Source: Nibricoccus sp.
GTDB taxonomy: Bacteria; Verrucomicrobiota; Verrucomicrobiia; Opitutales; Opitutaceae
Assembly: GCA_047602425.1 (NCBI GenBank)
Contig: JASGHG010000001.1
Location: 3,840,001-3,904,000 of the forward strand
DNA length: 64,000 nt
Reading direction: 5' to 3'
Shown here: piece by piece, positions 61,345 through 64,000 of the stretch
How positions within the stretch are numbered: position 1 is the stretch's first letter
How the letters are laid out: each line of letters begins with the position of its first letter
Program-made: the position numbers and the translations under genes
Notes under the pieces: model-generated
What the model was told of the DNA's origin: nothing
Databases searched by the model: none
What the model saw: the letters and a program-made list of their open reading frames with translations, nothing else

Positions 61345-61863
61345 ATGAATGCGCTCCTTCGGCTGCGATTTTGGGTGCTGCCTAGCCTTGGCGTGGCCGT
61401 GGCTTGGGCGCGTGCGGCGGAACCAGTCACACCGGTCTCAGAGCGATCCGAAACGAAGCCCGTTGCGGCGTCAACGCCCCAGCCAGTCACGACAAAAGCC
61501 GACGCCAAGACGGTGCCGTCGACCGATGTGAGCCGCGTGCAGGCGTGGAAAGACGCCGAGAAGGTCTCCCAGATGGGCGAGGGGCGGGTCTCAGCGGTTG
61601 GTTCGGGCGGGTCGATGCAACCGGTTTTTGGCGATAATACGATGATCGTGATCAGCAAAATCGCCTACGAAGACCTGAAGCCGGGTATGACCGTGGTCTA
61701 TTTGAATAAAAAAGGACACCAAGTCGTGCATCAGATTTTGGAAAAGAAGGCCAAAGGCTGGCGCGTGCAGGGACTGAACAACGAAATTGCGGATTTGGAA
61801 CTGGTAACGCGCGACAATCTGCTAGGTGTTGTCTATGCGTCATTTGCTGCGGAAGAACCATGA
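61345..61863 (+). CDS. S24/S26 peptidase-like exported protein
   Basis: GSMQP catalytic-Ser motif, L.PG..VVY, VVH, GLNN..D. Confidence 0.6.
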   Translation: MNALLRLRFWVLPSLGVAVAWARAAEPVTPVSERSETKPVAASTPQPVTTKADAKTVPSTDVSRVQAWKDAEKVSQMGEGRVSAVGSGGSMQPVFGDNTMIVISKIAYEDLKPGMTVVYLNKKGHQVVHQILEKKAKGWRVQGLNNEIADLELVTRDNLLGVVYASFAAEEP

Positions 61864-61902
61864 TCTTTGTTCTCTCCCGGAAGGGCTCCCGCAAGTTTTC
61901 GG

Positions 61903-61977
61903 TGGTGGGTTGGCCGGGATTCGAACCCGGAACCAACGACTTAAAAGGACGCTGCTCTACCGTTGAGCTACCAACCC
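61903..61977 (-). tRNA. tRNA-Lys(UUU)
   Basis: Cloverleaf GGGTTGG..TAGCTC..GGTAGAGC..CTTTTAA..GGTTCGAATCC..CCAACCC-ACCA. Confidence 0.93.
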
Positions 61978-62206
61978 AGCGACCATCCGAAAGGGCGACG
62001 TGAATACGTTTCAGCCGCCACGTTTTGCAAGGATTTTTTAACAGAATTGCAGGAAAGAGTGCACAGAATTATCTGGCCGAGGTCAGACCCCTGCGTTGAG
62101 CATCGGCCCCAATCCTCAGGATCCGATCGCGTAATTATATTTAACCGTCCAACTTCAAAAAGTGGGAACAATCGAAAAGTATACCCATCACACTTCCGTT
62201 GATCGC

Positions 62207-62809
62207 ATGTCAACGAAAGCTCAAGAAGTGGCCTTTGATCGTGTGCTGGTCGACCGTTTTAAGAACGGCGACCAAGCGGCATTTAACGAAATGGTTTCGC
62301 GCTACTGGGACCGCATTTATGCAATGGTTCATCAGCTTTTGCGCAACCAGCAGGACGCCGAGGAGGTTACACAAGACGCATTCATCCGGGCGCATCGCGG
62401 CCTCGTGAATTTTCGCGGCGACGCGGCTTTTTCCACCTGGCTTTATCAGATCGCGACGAATCTCGCGCGCAACCGGTATTGGTACTGGTGGCGGCGCAAG
62501 CGCGACAAAACCGTTTCCTTTGACCAACCAGTAAGCGACGACAATGACACGCCCCTTAGCGATGTTTTTACGGCGGAGCTTGAAACTCCCGAAGATGCAA
62601 CCGTGACGCAGGAACTCGTGGACCGCGTTGCGGTCGGGATGGAAAAGCTCGGTACGAAACACCGCGAAATTTTAATCCTCCGAAATGTCAAGAACCTGTC
62701 TTACGAAGAAATTGCCACCATTCTCAACATCTCGGTCGGAACCGTCAAAAGCCGCATTGCGCGGGCCCGCGAGGCGCTGAGAGCCAAACTAGGAGCTGAA
62801 TTCAAATGA
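62207..62809 (+). CDS. ECF sigma factor (RpoE/SigW-like)
   Basis: DAEEVTQDAFIRA, FRGDAAFSTWLYQIATN, LSYEEIA..GTVKSRIARAR. Confidence 0.93.
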   Translation: MSTKAQEVAFDRVLVDRFKNGDQAAFNEMVSRYWDRIYAMVHQLLRNQQDAEEVTQDAFIRAHRGLVNFRGDAAFSTWLYQIATNLARNRYWYWWRRKRDKTVSFDQPVSDDNDTPLSDVFTAELETPEDATVTQELVDRVAVGMEKLGTKHREILILRNVKNLSYEEIATILNISVGTVKSRIARAREALRAKLGAEFK

Positions 62810-63570
62810 AAGACAACCGATTCATCGAGCTGCTCAACCTCTACGTCGACCAGCAGCTGACCGCGGCCGAAGCCACCGAGCTGGAAACCGAAATCCAGCG
62901 GGTACCGGACCGCCGTCGCACCTACCAACAGTACTGCCGCATGCAGAAGGCCTGCACCCAGCTTTTTGAACAGGACCGCCAGGCTGCACCTTCGACTTCG
63001 AAATTCTCCCGCGCCCTCGCGGATGCCGATCGCAAAGTTATCGCTTTTCCCGAACCACGTCGTGTCTGGCTCCAGCGCGGGCTTTACGCCACGGGTGTCG
63101 CGGCGATGGCCGCTTGCGTGGCTTTGGTGTTTTTCCGCGCGAGCCCTGTTGCTCCGCAGAATGTTGCCGAACAACCCGCCAAGCCCGAACCGCGTGCGGT
63201 TGCGACCGTGGTTGCCAAAGCCGAAACTGCTGCTCCCGTCGCGGAAACCGTGCAGGCTGTCGCCATTCCTCCGGCCGATCCGCAGACCCGCGAAATGCGC
63301 AAACTCTACTACGCCGTGCTGCCGGTTCGCCAGTTTGTCCCGGTCAACGCGATTACCACCAACGGCGAGCAGGCCGTGGCCGAGGAGCGTCCTGACTTCA
63401 GCTGGATGAAAAACATGGAGTTCGCTCCGTTGCGTCCGCTTAGCGCGGAGACACTTTTTAGCGAAACCAACGGACAGAACCAGCAACCGAATCCTTCGTT
63501 CATCGGCACCCGCCATCCCGTGCAGCTGCCATATGAGAACTCGGCATTTCAGTACCAGAAGGGGAACTGA
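62806..63570 (+). CDS. Putative anti-sigma factor
   Basis: 4-nt overlap with sigma gene; ELLNLYVD..L ASD-like N-terminus; single TM. Confidence 0.75.
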   Translation: MKDNRFIELLNLYVDQQLTAAEATELETEIQRVPDRRRTYQQYCRMQKACTQLFEQDRQAAPSTSKFSRALADADRKVIAFPEPRRVWLQRGLYATGVAAMAACVALVFFRASPVAPQNVAEQPAKPEPRAVATVVAKAETAAPVAETVQAVAIPPADPQTREMRKLYYAVLPVRQFVPVNAITTNGEQAVAEERPDFSWMKNMEFAPLRPLSAETLFSETNGQNQQPNPSFIGTRHPVQLPYENSAFQYQKGN

Positions 63571-63603
63571 TCCCGGGAACCAAATTTGGTTGTCTTGTCT
63601 TGC

Positions 63604-63630
63604 AGGGCCCGGTTCGACCGGGCCCTTTTT
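63604..63630 (+). terminator. Intrinsic terminator
   Basis: AGGGCCCGGT-TCG-ACCGGGCCCT followed by a T run. Confidence 0.8.
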
Positions 63631-63633
63631 CGT

Positions 63634-64000
63634 TTACAGCAGGCTCAACTGGGAATCGTCGACCGGCTTGACGGAAATCTTCTTTTTCGGAGCGGCCTTG
63701 GGCGCTGGCAATTCCACGGCAGTGTCGTCGGATTCGAGTTTGGCGAGGATAGTCTTAGCACGATCGATCACGCTGAGCGGCAGGCCGGCGAGGCGGGCGA
63801 CTTGGATTCCATAGCTGCGGTCAGCTGCGCCTGAAACAACGCGGCGGACGAACACGATGTCGTCATTCCATTCCTTCACGGCCACGGAGAAGTTGCGCAA
63901 ACGGGACAAATGTTTTTCGAGCTGGGTGAGTTCTTGGTAATGCGTGGCGAAAAGCGTGCGCGGACCGCGGACGGGATCGCGGTGGAGGTGTTCGATCACG
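63634..64000 (-). CDS. mutS: DNA mismatch repair protein MutS, 3' end (partial)
   Basis: [31 protein letters not shown]-terminal QLSLL clamp-binding motif. Confidence 0.93.
   Translation of the reverse strand, partial: VIEHLHRDPVRGPRTLFATHYQELTQLEKHLSRLRNFSVAVKEWNDDIVFVRRVVSGAADRSYGIQVARLAGLPLSVIDRAKTILAKLESDDTAVELPAPKAAPKKKISVKPVDDSQLSLL

Noticed and set aside
61860..62200. tRNA-anchored genomic island or prophage
   Set aside because: No integrase and no duplicated tRNA 3' end seen in the window

Overview
GC-rich bacterial chromosomal window. Gene content and style suggest Verrucomicrobiota, probably Opitutaceae (inference). It is mostly housekeeping: accA, trpB, yicC, ybeY (frameshifted), serA, plsY, hom, mreBCD-pbp2, tatA, rpoD-dnaG, nuoA, rpmG, pal, tRNA-Lys and the 3' end of mutS. 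It also carries polysaccharide-degrading enzymes, including a ~2600-aa multi-enzyme pectin degrader with a GlyGly-CTERM-like tail. The most unusual region is 20.6-28.9 kb. An IS481 element sits in the loop of a REP hairpin. Two tandem-duplicated modules follow, each a membrane-anchored ECF sigma factor fused to a TonB C-terminal domain plus a partner protein. A third, convergent membrane-anchored ECF comes next. All three ECF genes share the upstream motif TGTGCG-N13-GCGG. Where the transcription units converge there is a gap-free array of 25 degenerate 21-nt units whose conservation pattern points to nucleotide-level rather than protein-level constraint. Several small inverted-repeat families are also present: REP doublets, a four-helix-bundle gene enclosed by 7-nt-periodic IRs, and GTMAYC-YATTA-GRTKAC palindromes. 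All calls come from reading motifs by eye; no database searches were run.
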